Source: Trichoplax adhaerens
Lineage: Eukaryota; Animalia; Placozoa
Length of the DNA: 64,000 nt
Direction: 5' to 3'
Assembly: GCF_000150275.1 (NCBI RefSeq)
Contig: NW_002060947.1
Coordinates: forward strand, 1,419,199-1,483,198
The notes below the pieces were generated by a model. That model was not told the DNA's origin. It saw only the letters and a list, made by a program, of their open reading frames with translations, and ran no database searches. Made by a program: the position numbers and the translations under genes. Below are positions 25,213-39,500 of this stretch, one piece after another. How positions within the stretch are numbered: position 1 is the stretch's first letter; every line of letters begins with the position of its first letter.

Positions 25213-28200
25213 ATGAATCAAACTAACGTGGTCCAATCAAACCCTAAAATCATCACCACGGCCCATGCCATCAGCCAATCTTCAAGCCAAACCATCAACA
25301 ATCAAGCTCAACAGCACAGTGGTAATAATCAAGAAGAATTTATTGAACATAGCTTTAATTTGACCTATTTAGGTTATACACCGATCGATCGTCGTTATAC
25401 ACAACAAATCCTATTTTGGGTTGTTGTTGAAACAAAGCGTAAACGGATACGCCAAGAAGTTGTCTTAACGGTGACCAAGAGTACCTTGAAAGGTTTAGAC
25501 ATTGAAACGGAGAAATTAGCCTTCGAGCATCAAATATCTGGTATTACTCGTTTCGCACGAAATAAAGATCAAACTAGCTTCGCCTACGTTACTCGTAGCC
25601 CATCTGAAAATTTGCCCTGTTATTGTCATGTTTTTGAAGCTTCTGATCTTACCAATGTAAGTCAATATCTAATCTATCCTCGCTAACTTGCCGTACCATC
25701 ATAACATAACGTTAGCTTAAAATAATGATCAAAAAGTCAGTTTTCTACTTGAAGAATACATTTACAATGACAACTTGAACAGGTAATTATTTTATCCATT
25801 AAAACTATGCATGCATTCAAATTAAGTTTGGACAATTTTCAAGACATAATTCAATGTATCCAAAAGACTAAGATTGCAGCCCTTTACGAGCGATGCCATT
25901 CCGCGCAAGAAGTAGCAAAATGAATAACGGACTTGATACGTTCCTAATTTTTTTTTTATCAACAGTAAACATCATAATATTAAGATTGGCTGCTGCTGTC
26001 ATAATGATCATTAATACATACTTGTACATGGGTTGGGCTCCATGTTGACGGCTGTTGTTATACGCTTACCAAAAATGGCCAAGCAACATCGCCAATCAAC
26101 ACTAGAACGGATTCGTTAACTACTGTACAGCGACTTGAACACCGTCGCTAGCATGGCTACCCCTACAATTTCCAAAATGGCAAAAACTTGAAGCATCAAT
26201 AGCAAGAGTAAATGTCAAATACCAATATGTCATTAAAATGGTCGTGGAGCCATTTTGAGTAGTAATAGTCGCTAATTAACGATACTGTATGTTCAACATT
26301 AAATCGATACTCCACTAGAATTAATGGCCAGCATTGTGTGGCATGTATCCTACCTCTAACCCTACAACATCCCGCTTTCCAAAGTGCTGTCCGCAGTCGT
26401 GTTTTCACAGCGCAATGGAAATGGCCGCAGTTAGTTCAATATCGTAACAAATTCGAGGAATCTATTTTCTTGATTAGAAAATGGTTAGTTGATTCGTATG
26501 ACGTTAGAAATAAAACTGGAAGCCAATCTTATGTTAAGGAGTTGAAGAAAATGAGCAAAGGCTAATTTTTACTTCGCCTTTCCTACGTATGATGAACTTA
26601 CACTATAACGACATGATATTGTAGAACTAGAATAGTTGCTCACAACAGCATCCTTGTGCTGTCAGGGGATATCGACAGTAAACATCATCTTACTTGAGCG
26701 ATTATCACTAGCCATATTGATGGATTGTCAACTTGTGAAATATTACTCCTATAACTGGACCACACATACAAGTGTGGACATCAGCAGCCTTCTTTTTGTT
26801 GACCTCCATCAAGCAAAAGGATTGTACTCTTTTGATACAATCCTTAATATGATCCAGTGAATGCAAGATCCAACTGTTAGCTTAAGTAAAGCAGGAAAAA
26901 ACTTTACTATTTCACACGATGATACACTGCTTAGCACAACAGCAGTAGAAATGAATTTGTCAAATACTACATGATTTTAGAATGAAAAATGATCAATTTA
27001 CTTCATGTTCAAGATTGTTTTTATTATTATTTATTTATTTTTAATGTTATCATTATTCTTCAAATGAATTTCTTCTCCACTATAGCATATAGTTTCACGT
27101 TTAATGCAGTACATACGAGTATATGGACTACCTGGTGAGTTATTGGAGAATGATTTATTGTTACTTTCTTTGAGAGCACTTTCTGAGTGGGTTGGTTGAT
27201 TACTAAGTGTAAGTAGGCCATGGTGATTCCCTTCAATGGATGTGCTTGTTTCGGACTTGAATCTGCTGGCCATTTTATTGGCAAACACCTTAATATTACG
27301 CAATCATTTGCATTCTCATTTGCCTTACAATCTCTTTGTCATTAATCCAATAGTTACTCGTACTGTAAACCATAAATAGGGCAGTAATTCAAATAATACA
27401 ATTATGCAGATTAATTGAAACCGTCTTGAACTCGCCATGGCATCGACCCGACAAAAAAAATGTCCACAGAATAGAGGAAAATAGACGGCGTGCCGCGAGA
27501 ATGCTATGGTAATGACACTCTCGAATTGGATCATTTGATCCAATTCGAGAACTGTCAGTTGTAGACTTGACAGCCAAAGGAATTATTAGTAGATTAAATG
27601 ACTGACTGACTGATGATCATCATTATCCCTCAGTTGCCCTATTTTGTACACACACACACACTCTGTCTACAAGGCTACAAAATAATCTCCAACACATAGT
27701 ATCAAAGTTGAACATCTCACTTCCAGCTTGCTTGAAATCCTAGTTGTCCACATTGCTCGGTGTATTTATTACATTCATCCTTGATAGATCGCCCATGTAG
27801 TCATTAATTAATCATTAAATAATTAAATATTGAAATGTATTATTACAGTAAGCTAATGAGTAGGATTATAGGCCATGGCCATGAAGACGCGTATTTTGAA
27901 TATGGAAAGCCGAATAGAACAGCAGCAATCAATCACTACAGTACCAGTATCCTACTAGTAGATTGTATATTTCAGTCAGAAGATGATCAAAAAATACCAA
28001 CCAGGAGTTGAATTTTATTTCAACAATAACATCTTACATCGTATGACTCTAAAATATGCTGAACATCGATGAATGATGAGTAAACTTGTCTTGAAATTGG
28101 ATATTATTGTTGTCATACTGTTTAATTTTTATCCATGGCCGGTCGCAATGCAATTTTACAATTGCAATCAAATTATTTTGCAACAAACTGAACCAACATA

Positions 28201-31200
28201 ACAAGTACAAGCTGCATATACAGGAGTGAATTTGGTTAGTAAAATAGAAGTTGTTAGCGTCGATCATCTCCAATGCTCTGATCAAGCTTGCTGTTTATCT
28301 TTATTTTACGTTTTTAACATTTACTGGCATTAGCAGATGTTGATACACCTTCCAAGTCCTCATTTCGGAGCAAATAGCAACTGAAATGATACTCTTTTGT
28401 AAATCCTGCTGGCAACAGTTCTATAATGCTGTAGAATACTTCACTTTATAGCTTATGATTATTTCAACATCATGCAGAATGAGTGCAAATTAATGAATTA
28501 ATTAATTATAATCATAAATCCTGACACAAATAATCTTCAATATACATGCGAGCATAATGACCACCATGATCAATATTTTAAATCCATGGCAGGACTAAGG
28601 ATCTCACACAAATAGACTGATTATACAGCAACAATACCGACTCAAATTTACAAAACAAAGCATTAGCATGCTTAAAGAATTATTGTAACCCTTTTAATCA
28701 AATTAGATTCCTCTATTTTATTCTTCTTTCATGATATTGCAAGCCTAACCTTTCACAATAACTTATTTATTTATCTGCAAAAGAAAGAATTGGGTCATAC
28801 TGTCTTTGTCTCGTGCTAAAATTGGGTTTAGCAGGTTATGACAAACGAGAATCTATTACTGTCTAGTTCCAATCATACCGAATTACTGTTAAAGACATGA
28901 TCAATCTATCTTGCAGACAATATGAAAAGGCAATGTTTCCTATTTCTACCATGTTTGATATAATTGTATATCTGGTGTTTCTAATCTTTATTTGAAGGTT
29001 TAATTAATTAATACAACATATTGAACCATGTTTACCCTATATTCCAGGATATCCATTAAAAAGAAAAAGAGTTTGTATGTGGCCATACGCATTTAGGATG
29101 TATAGCAATAGGAGCCCTTATTATTCCCCCAAACTATTGAGTTCTATCGTTAAAAGGAATAGCTTAGACTTTGCATCTGTTTCCCTGATTTCTCTACTCT
29201 TGAAAACATGTAGTTTAAAACAATAATGGAACACAATTTCAAGATGATATGACGTATTTTATACTTGGTATAAACGATAATAAAGAAGTGCCGCTTTACT
29301 TTCTCTAATATTCTCCATTCATGGGATAGCAATGGCATTTGAAACCCATGACTACTGTAGCTTGACGGACATTAGTTGCTAAACTGTACCCCGACTGTCA
29401 AAGCGCATAGTCATAATTGCTATATACTTTGCCATCCTAATGTCTGAAAAACTAATAAACACATCTTAAATCCTATCCTATTTACCTCATCCTTTTTTCT
29501 GTTCTACAGTATTTACGGCAATAACATTACCCATAAGGAATGGCCAAAATAACGCGAAATAGTCAATACAGTAGTTCTCGGTCATGTTAGATATCGTAAT
29601 ATCATCTTGAGGGCTGTATTATTTTTTTGCCTTTGAATCAGATAATGCTGTCGTAGTCGTTTAGTATGTTGTAACATGTGCAAATAGTCTATACTGCACA
29701 AAGCGAAAGCTCAATTTTTCAAATTTTTACATAGCAGATAATATGAAAGCGCGAATGAGTGTATATCGGATGTAAACAAGATGTCATCACGTTTGCGTGA
29801 TATGAGTAATAGTAAAGAGATATTTTAAAATCATAGCCAGCATACATGACATTTTTAAAGTCTCGTGAACCGCATTCAATCAACATGCATCATAAATTGT
29901 AATCATTGAACATAGCATAAAATACATCTGCAGCACTTGTTATTCAATCTTTAAAAATAGACTTACAGAATTTGGCGATGCTTTTCCACAGTGTGAGACA
30001 ACATGACAAGATTTGATTGCAGGAAATTCATTGCAAACAGATCATTTATACAATTGGTAAAAGTATTCAATAGTAAGAATCAGAAGGGGTAAAATACTAT
30101 ATGAAAAAGTATCAATAAGATTATAGGAAATAGGCCTAATGAAAATGAGAGACCAATCGATGATGGACCCATGTAGGTATACAGATATAGTAACGATGTA
30201 GTCGTGAATTGAACAACTGTTGTTGATTAACATTGAATACAGTATGGATGTGGCCATTTTTAATTTTATGTTGAAGCGTGAGAGAGAAGAGTTATTTTAT
30301 TACTCAAAAATATCTTTGAAATAATATACGTAAAAATGAAAATTCAAAAAGAAAACCATTTCAACTAAAAACGACCTTGGTTCTTAATCAGTTGACGATA
30401 ACCCCCAAAATTTTTGAATAAGACTAACATTTCCCTTACCAACGTACTGCTTTAATTCACGGATTAGCGTCAATAACATTGGTATAGACGAATTTGATCA
30501 TAATGATAAGTGCTTTGTTGATTGTGTGATAGATTCCTCATCTGCTAAGATGCCTCCAAGAAGCAGCCAAAAGAACCAATACTGCTGTAACAGTCGACGA
30601 ATCCAAAACTGAACGGCGTAAAAGTCGAAGTAGTAGCCATGGTAATATCGCTACTACTAATTTTACATTTCAACTCAAATACGTTGGTAAGGTAGCTATA
30701 TCCCATCGACAAATCCCACCACAATTATTAGATGACACAATCGATAAGTTTCGAAAGCATTGGTTAGAAAATTACAAGAACAAAACTCGCCGGAGAACTC
30801 ATTCAGCCCGTGAAGCATCGCGCCCATCATTATCCTCGTCCAGTGAGGCTGCCAATGATCCACCTCATGGTAAGAGAGTTCGACATCGTAGTGCATCGTC
30901 CATTGGACCAGGTCCTGATGATGATACAGATGGCGACAGTAAATGGGCTGACAATCGTACACATGAGCAAGTAGAAGAGGAAAAAGTTCTTGAGTTTTTG
31001 CGCCCTCCGTTAATTAAATCGCTAGATTCATTACCACCATCAATAGGCAAATCTCCGCAATTAACTGAGATAATTATCGAAGGAACAGATGATAATAAGA
31101 AAGATTACGCCATCGGTCGGTCTAGTGATCCACTTAACGATCATGTTCTAACCGATTGCGATAATAGCAAGCTTGACATTAGACCATTTTCCGAGACCAA

Positions 31201-34200
31201 TCGTAAAATGAATCTATATCTAAAAAATGCATCAGTAGTATTAAAAAATTGTGAAAGCGGAGGGAAAATGTTAGAACGAAGAATGAAAGATATCTCCTAT
31301 TGTTGTAAGGTAAAGAATGTTATTTTACAGTAGCAAGTACAAAATTAGAAATAAAATGATCGTTTGCTTAATCACCATTCATTATAATTAATTAGGAAGG
31401 GGATCTGTAACTTTTAATTGAAGCTTAGCGGCTAACTATCTGTCTTAGTTATGTCAACATAACAATGTTATACAATTAATTTCTAGGGCGAGAAAGAAGA
31501 TAATTATTTTGCTTTCGTTTGTCGCGAAGCTGCCTCTGGTAATTATCAGTTATACGTCTTCGAATGTGAATCAGCAACAAAGGTAAGAGTAGAAGAAATC
31601 ATGATGACAACTACTGTAACCATCAAAATAGTATCATCGTTATTTACTATTTTACTAGCGGTGATTGTACTCTATAATACGATAATAATGTTGCTTTCGT
31701 AATAATCTCTTCAAGAAAAAGTAACAGTCCACTGAAATGCGTAAATTAGATCGCGACAACTTCCTACGATTCTTAATATAGCTTGTATCAATGGCATACA
31801 ATAAAGTATAGGATGTAGGCGTTGCGACTCTAGATGAAAAGAGAAAAAAAAAATAGCGAATATCGTGTAATACAATACTGTTAGCTTATCTGATGGCTGA
31901 TGACATATTATTATATTCGAAAAAGCAACGTATTATTTATTAGCCCTTGTATCTAGACAGATACCTTAATGTCAGTGTATTATCCTAATAACTATAAAGG
32001 AAGATTATTATGCTCCTTATTTAGTCCTTATTTACATTTGGGAGGATAAAAATTTTATATTCAATCTTGTAAATTTTTAAAATGTTTTGCACCGTTATAC
32101 CGTCTTGGAATAAACCAATTTCAACAATTTTCTCTATGCGATTAGACTTCTTCTATTATGGATGCATTTAAACAAGGATTTCAAGCGTTATTACAACTAC
32201 CATCCAATTTATTTTGCGAAACATGTCCACTAAATTATTTTCACCGACTTTGTTTACAATTAGAAGGTATAGTCAACGTTTTTGTCTTTATCTTGTTTCA
32301 TTGTCCTTATTCGGTCTACCGCAGCTGATATTGTAATTATTGACAATGATAAAAGCCGCTTAATGTTTGGATTTTTGATTGTTTTAATTATTTATCGAAA
32401 TACAATAACCTTATAGTTTCCATTTTTAGCAATTTTTATTATGCATTTTCGAATGATACCAAATCATGTTGTAAAAAGTGAATATACTGTGACTGTAAGC
32501 TTTTTAAATTCCATTCAATCTTATCTAGTATCGCTGTGCTATTTAATTTTTAGGTTTATCCGGCTATCTAGCATTGGTAACGGTAGAAAAATTTATATCA
32601 ACACTAGATGACGATGACCGAGCAGAAGTACACACTAAATTTAAGGTATTGAAGTAGTTTATTCGAGTTAAGATGTAGAAAATCTATCAGAAGAGGCCAA
32701 TTCGATAGAGTAATATGTCAGAAATGGGTCATAATAAAATTTTACTGTGTAAAAGTAGCAAGAATGCATTTTTCATCATCTTTTCACGTCGTCTCTTCTA
32801 TCCTACCATATTGGGTATACGATAAAATTCCTAAGCGTAATGATAACTCTGTTCAAATTTGGATTCGGTAGGATTTAGTACCTCAAAAATCAAGTATTCG
32901 GGACGATCAAGATCGCGTAGAATTATCGATGATTGCTGTACGAGCGGTCTTAGAAACGAAACAAAAAACTCATACACATTATACTAGTACGCCCAATTCT
33001 ACTAGTAACGAAGCCAAAAATCTAAATGCAATAATACCGGAAAATGTCAATACCAAAGAACCTGCTAAGCTTGGGACTTTCAAATCACTTGCAGCATCGT
33101 TCGAATATTTGCTCCGAGTAGGCCCTAGTACTAAAACACTTGGATAATGTAGCAATTTTTCTATACTTCAATCAGTCTAATCTACACTTTGTCGGCACTA
33201 ACGATACTTTTATAATTAGAATTAAAATCGCTTTGATCTATAGTGTAAAAGTAATCATGTTAAGCAAATACTCTATTTTGTTATCATAGGGTCGTTCTAA
33301 ATCAAAGGGAGAAGAAGCGGTTCCGAAATCGAAAGGATTAGAAGTCCAATCAGAAGTAAATGAGCGCTAACAACGCGCGTTATAGTAAACTTTGTGCCTG
33401 CATTAATAGTATAGTTGGTTTTTTTTAACAATTTCTGTCAGCAATTTTATTGAAGTACTTAATCGTTTTTATATTTAATTAGGTAACTTTTCTATTATAT
33501 CTATTTTTATTTAGGAGTACAGGCCACGAAGCCATACTATAGGATCGGTAACTTTAGGGCCACCTAGCTTACAGGCTATTATTATCATATTCATCCTACT
33601 TTTTAATTTATAAAATTGATCAAATTTGTCTATTGCTGTAATTTTAGCCATCAAGGTATCATAAAGATAGGCTAAGAAATAGCTTTGGAGATGAAATTAA
33701 TACGGTAACCTAAAATGCTATCGAAACTGTAGAAGAACTTGAGAGAAAGAATGATATCAATAATGTATAATAACGTCAAATTAGAGTAAAATTAATACTA
33801 CTTCAATATCTCTTTTATAAATCAGAAATCAAATAGACCATCTGTCACTTCATCAAGTGAAGGTAGCAAGCCTGTATCTCCGGCAGCTATATCTGAGAAT
33901 GTAGACAGTTTCTTTTCGCAGTTAAAAGACACAAATTCTGTCAAATCAAAGTCTGTTAATTCAAAACCATCTTATCAGCGACGAGTATCTTGGCGACAGG
34001 TTCACTACGCATTTATCAGTAGCTCTGATTTTATTTGTACTTTTGCCATAAAATATCAACTATTCTGAGTTAAGACTACTCACAGCATGATATATTTTCA
34101 TGGTATTTAGGCCTTATTCAAACGCGTATATTCAAATACTCCTATAGCGACATCTATTGAAGGAAATGAAGGTATCATACGTGACTAGTATAACGGAACA

Positions 34201-36532
34201 TGTATCTAATACTAAATTTAGATAGTAGCCTTATTTATCTTACAGCATGTCAGTACAGTATTGTGCAACTTTAGGGATATAACGATTCGACATTTATACT
34301 TTACGAATTAGATGAATCTTTACCCAGTGACAGTGATACTAGACCAAGAAAACCAAGAGACCGTGAAGAACTACGATTACTTTGGCGCAAAGCTATTCAA
34401 CAACAAATTGCAATTATACGAATTCAAAAAAAGAATAAATACAATGGTATACTTGGATCAATTAATGTCAGATAGCATAATTCGCCTAACTCATGATTTT
34501 CACTTGATAAAAATTTACTTTTTAGGCCATCCGTGTGATGATGATGATGATGGTAAATTGGATTACGAAGAAATCCCGATTTGCACTCAAGAAATGTATC
34601 AGATGTGGAATGATATTATGGCTAAAGAGAGTGAAGGACCGTTGCCTTATCATACATTGGTGGCAGCTGTTAAAGCAGGTAAAAGTAAAGCATTTATCTT
34701 ACTTACGCAACCTTTCTATTAATCTTTAAAAAACAATTATGCATGAAATTGCTGAAATAAAATCTGTCAGTATTTCTATTCTTGGCTGTTCGATAGCATA
34801 ATAACCGTAAGTAATTTTGCAAAATATATTAGGTATACCAAAAACATTACGAGGAGAAATATGGAATTTTCTACGCAGGCAATATTACGCTCGTGACAAA
34901 AGGCAATCTACATGTGAAAATAGTGAAGAAAATTCCTTAACTAAATTATTAGAAAAGGAAACTACGAATCATCACCACGCTATTGCGCTAGATCTAGGTA
35001 CTCACAATATCAGAGCATTATTTATGAAAGCATACTAGTAATGCATACCGTATACTATATCTAACCCGGTACAATAGTATCGATCAATTTATGAAATCAA
35101 AGTTAAAACTGTACCAACAATTTTATTATAACTAGGCCGGACATTTCCTACGCACAAATATTTTCTTTCACAAGTTGGTAACGGCCAAGTTGCGTTAAGA
35201 AATGTCTTGAAAGCCTATGCATTATTGGATTCTGAAGTTGGATACTGTCAAGGACTGAGTTTTGTAGCGGCGATACTAATTATGCATGTAAGTAATTTTT
35301 ATGTTACTATTTCTATTGTTTGTTGAGTTATTAGTAATATCATTCTAGGATATAGAAGATGTGAATTTTTTTCTGGGTACTTCATTTTAGATGGATGAAA
35401 ACGATGCATTTGAATGTTTCAAATATATTTTATATGATTTACATTTACGTGACCAATACAAGCCGGATATGGCGGCTTTGCATGTTAGTATAATTGATGG
35501 AAGAAGAGCAATGGTTACAAAGTTTATTTCCGAATAGTAATATTTATAGATCTTATCAATATTTTAATATTTTTTAGATCCAAATGTATAATCTATCCAG
35601 ATTAATATACGATTATCAGCGAGATGTCTATCAAAATCTTGATCAAAATGAAATTGGCCCTTCCTTGTATGCTGCTCCCTGGTTTCTAACTTTATTCGCA
35701 TCGCAATTTCCATTAGGATTTGTAGTCCGGGTTTTAGGTTATCCCATTATATTAATTATTTAATGGCGTAATTTGTGATCGAAGTTATTACTCGTAGTTA
35801 ATTTTTGTTTTTGATGATATGAATATTTTAGATCTGTTATTTTTGGATGGCATAGAAGCTATCTATAAGGTATGACTCAGTTGAGAATGAAATGCATGAT
35901 ATTTTTTTAGTAACTTGATGATAAATTGTCTATGGATATAGATCTCGTTAATGTTGATAAAGCACTTTGCTAAACCTATCTTAGCTGCTGGCAGCTTTGA
36001 ATCCACGATAGATGTACTAAAACAACATTTGCCGTCAATGGTGCAAGACCACCTTGATGCTATTCTTGAAGGAGCAGCATCATTGGAGATTAGTAATCAG
36101 CTTAAGTCATTTGAAATTGAGTATCACGTTTTGCATGAAGAAATGCTAAGCGCTCCTGAATTAATTCCGAGTGATAGTGCTGACAGCCGAATTTCACAAT
36201 TAGAGAGTTTAAATCAACATCTCAAGCGGCAAAATATTGAATTAGTTGATAAATTAGCCAATGCGCGTAGTAAAATTAATAAATTCGATGAAACGATAGA
36301 ACTGATGAAAGTCAATGAAGTTAAATTAATATCAAGAATCCAAGAACTTCAAGAAGAGAGAGACAGCGCTATACAGCAACTTATGGCTCATAGTAAAGGC
36401 TCAACAGATTCTCTCGATGAAATGTGCCGCGACAGCAATGGTAGTGAAATTAGTAATCAAGACTCATTGCTTGAATTAAGTACGAAAGATGATGATGATG
36501 ATGATCAGGTTGTTGATATTGATATAGAATAA
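25213..36532 (+). CDS. TBC1D4: TBC1D1/TBC1D4 (AS160)-like Rab GTPase-activating protein with two PTB domains, a TBC domain and a C-terminal coiled coil; ~19 exons; pre-duplication co-orthologue
   Basis: Exon 1 25213-25656 (PTB1), 4.9-kb intron, exon 2 30533-31309, then 17 exons to 36532. Peptides: [60 protein letters not shown] (R finger), VGYCQGLSF (Q finger), [37 protein letters not shown]. Confidence 0.93.
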
Positions 36533-37424
36533 TCTTGATGTCAAATTTATTGCAAATATAAAAGGAAAAAAAAATTTAAGTATTGTTAATGAATGACCGC
36601 AAGCAAACGACACAGACTATGATTCTAATTTCGAATTGGTTACTATATTAACAAGTAATTATTGGGTCATTTGCCATTCTATTGTGATATTATTACCAAA
36701 TAATCTGTTTATTATAGTGATTAATTCATTGACGGTCGAGTACCCAGTACTTTACCGTAGTTATCAATAAGTACCAATGACCTATCCTTGTTGTTAGGTT
36801 GTTATCGTGCCATATGCAATTTTGTAAAGCGATTGTTAGTTTGAATGTTTATCATTGATCAATAATGACGACATATGACATCATTTGTTCCACAGCACTT
36901 ATCGTCGAACACATTCGTATATGTTGAGAGTAGAACTTGAACTACTAGCTGATGTAGCTTATTATAGGATTATATTGTAGTTCTAGTAATAATGGTATTG
37001 TTCTAAAACAGAAGATGATGTTATTAGAGTATAATTAATTTAGAAAGGAGTATAAAGTTTGCTATACCGTATATTGTACGTTAGACGTCTACACCAAGTC
37101 AAATGTTGTTAGCAGATATACTACTACACGTTGTACAGTATATTGCACTAGTTAAAGTGTCGCACTTTCGTACCTACGTCGAATTGGCTGTGAATGGAAA
37201 CAGTAAGGATATGATTGCTTTCTATTCTATATTATTATGATACAGCTGATAGGACTTGTGCACGAAATGGATTACTTTATAACTATTTAAATGAATTTCA
37301 ATAAATATGTAATTTAATATCCAACATGACGAGAGTTCTAAGTTGCAAGAAAGCATTACTATATTTTGTTTCTATATAGACAACATTTATTTTTCATATA
37401 TCTAGTATATGCGTAAAGTGGTTC

Positions 37425-38800
37425 AAAACTGATGGTGTGGAATAAATTGATGTTAAGTTAGCATGCTTGAGTACAATGTAGTCAAAAAGCCTTTCGCCAT
37501 TGTTTGAATATAGTCGTACTCCTATTTGTCTTGTACATAGATTTTTTTTTTCTGGTATTAATTGATTGATTGATGTTGAATTACTGTACTTGAAGACACT
37601 GTAATCTAAAAACGTTGCTGTTTTTGTATATATACGTGTAGATTCCATTTTTTTTTTAAATATCAAGTGTAACATAATTTAATAGAGGGTGGTGTGCGAT
37701 GGACTGATGTAAAATGAGTATGCCCGTAGAGTACTAGAGTATAGTGTAGTCAAAAGTATTGCCATTTTTTGTTTATAGATTCCATTTTTAATATCAGGTA
37801 TACCCGTCAATTAGTTCAATTGATGATGTTGTACATTGTACAATGGACTGATGAAAAAATTAGCACACTTGAGCACACTGTAGTTATTAAAGTTGCCATT
37901 TTTTTTTTTATCTATACTCGTATATATAGATTACGATCAGTTCGAAAGTAATTTAATTGATGATGTGCATTATTGATGTCGTAAAATTAGTATACGCTCG
38001 TACTTGAATATAATTTAGTCAAATACACTGCCATCATTTGTATCTACTCGTATACACTGTAGATGGATTACATTATTTTAATATCAGCTATTTTAATGAA
38101 GTAATGGAATCGATGATGGTGGACAGTGGATAAATATGATATTAGCATACTTGAGCATAGTGTAGTCAAAGCATTTACCATTTTTGTTAGTAGTTCAATA
38201 GATGATGGTTGTGCAATGGATTGATGCCCAATTAGCAGACGGGAGTAGAGTGTAGACAAACATATTGCCGTTTTTTGTCTTGCTGGTATATATACAGTAT
38301 GGAGATTGCCTCTGTTTAAGATCAGTTATAAATTACTTCAATAACTAATAAATGATGATGTGCAATGGATTGATGTTAAATTAGCATCTTGAGTACAGTG
38401 TAGTCATAAAATATAATTCAATAGATGATAGCGTATCATGGATTGATGTCATATTAGCCTATTTGAGTGCAATGTAGTTCAAAATAGTGCCATTTTCCTT
38501 CATCCATCACATCTTGTGTCATATCAGGTATAAGATAATTCAACAATCGATGCTAGATGGTATGCCATGGATTGCTGTCAAAAAATTGAGCGCACTTGAC
38601 TCAAGTACAGTCTAGTCGTAAAATGCTGCCATCTTGTACGTAGATTTATATTTATTTGTAAATCAGGTATCAAGTAATAGCATTGATGATGGTGTGCAAC
38701 GGATTGATGCTCTGTTAGCCTACTTGAGTGCACTACTGTACAGTATAGTCAAAAATATTTGCCATTTTCTTGTGACATTTACTGGTAGATTCCATTTTTG
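37425..38800. repeat. Old degenerate tandem repeat, ~11 copies, variable period (~70-150 bp)
   Basis: Recurrent GATGATGGTGTGCAATGGATTGATGT.AAATTAGCATACTTGAGTACAGTGTAGTCAAAA...GCCATTTT at ~37430, 37565, 37690, 37823, 37960, 38112, 38201, 38352, 38424, 38555 and 38685. Confidence 0.85.
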
Positions 38801-38866
38801 GGGGATAAGGTATACTCTTGAAGCAGTGTTTTGGAGTCAATAAGAAGGAAGATATCAAACACTGTG

Positions 38867-39500
38867 GTAAAGTAGTTTACTAGATTGATGTCCATTTGGT
38901 ATACTTGAGTGGAGCAAGTAGAAAGATATCACCCTTTTTGTAATATCAAGTATCAAGTAAAGTAGTTTACTAGATTGATGTCCATTTGGTACATTTGTGT
39001 GGAGCAAGTAGAAAGATACCACCCTTTTTGTAATATCAAGTATCAAGTAAAGTAGTTTACTAGATTGATGTCCATTTGGTACATTTGTGTGGAGCAAGTA
39101 GAAAGATATCAGCCTTTTTGTAATATCAGGTATCAAGTAAAGTAGTTTACTAGATTGATGCCCATTTGGTATATTTGAGTGGAGCAAGTAGAAAGATATC
39201 ACCCTTTTTGTAATATCAGGTATCAAGTAAAGTAGTTTACTAGATTGATGCCCATTTGGTATATTTGAGTGGAGCAAGTAGAAAGATATCACCCTTTTTG
39301 TAATATCAGGTATCAAGTAAAGTAGTTTACTAGATTGATGTCCATTTGGTACATTTGTGTGGAGCAAGTAGAAAGATATCACCCTTTTTGTAATATCAGG
39401 TATCAAGTAAAGTAGTTTACTAGATTGATGTCCATTTGGTACATTTGTGTGGAGCAAGTAGAAAGATATCAGCCTTTTTGTAATATCAAGTATCAAGTAA
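38867..39500. repeat. 90-bp near-perfect tandem repeat, 7 copies
   Basis: AGTAGTTTACTAGATTGATGTCCATTTGGT...TATCAAGTAA repeats every 90 bp from 38871 to 39500. This explains the repetitive 213-aa minus-strand ORF. Confidence 0.98.

Noticed and set aside
26350-26370. Telomerase-template-like CTAACCCTA
   Set aside because: Short match expected by chance, with no supporting pseudoknot or H/ACA features.
27031-27577. Nested minus-strand gene in TBC1D1/4 intron 1
   Set aside because: The short ORFs do not join into a coherent or recognisable product. It cannot be excluded without RNA data.
38855-39496. 213-aa repetitive ORF
   Set aside because: By-product of a stop-free 90-bp unit. It starts at TTG and has no domain or splice support.
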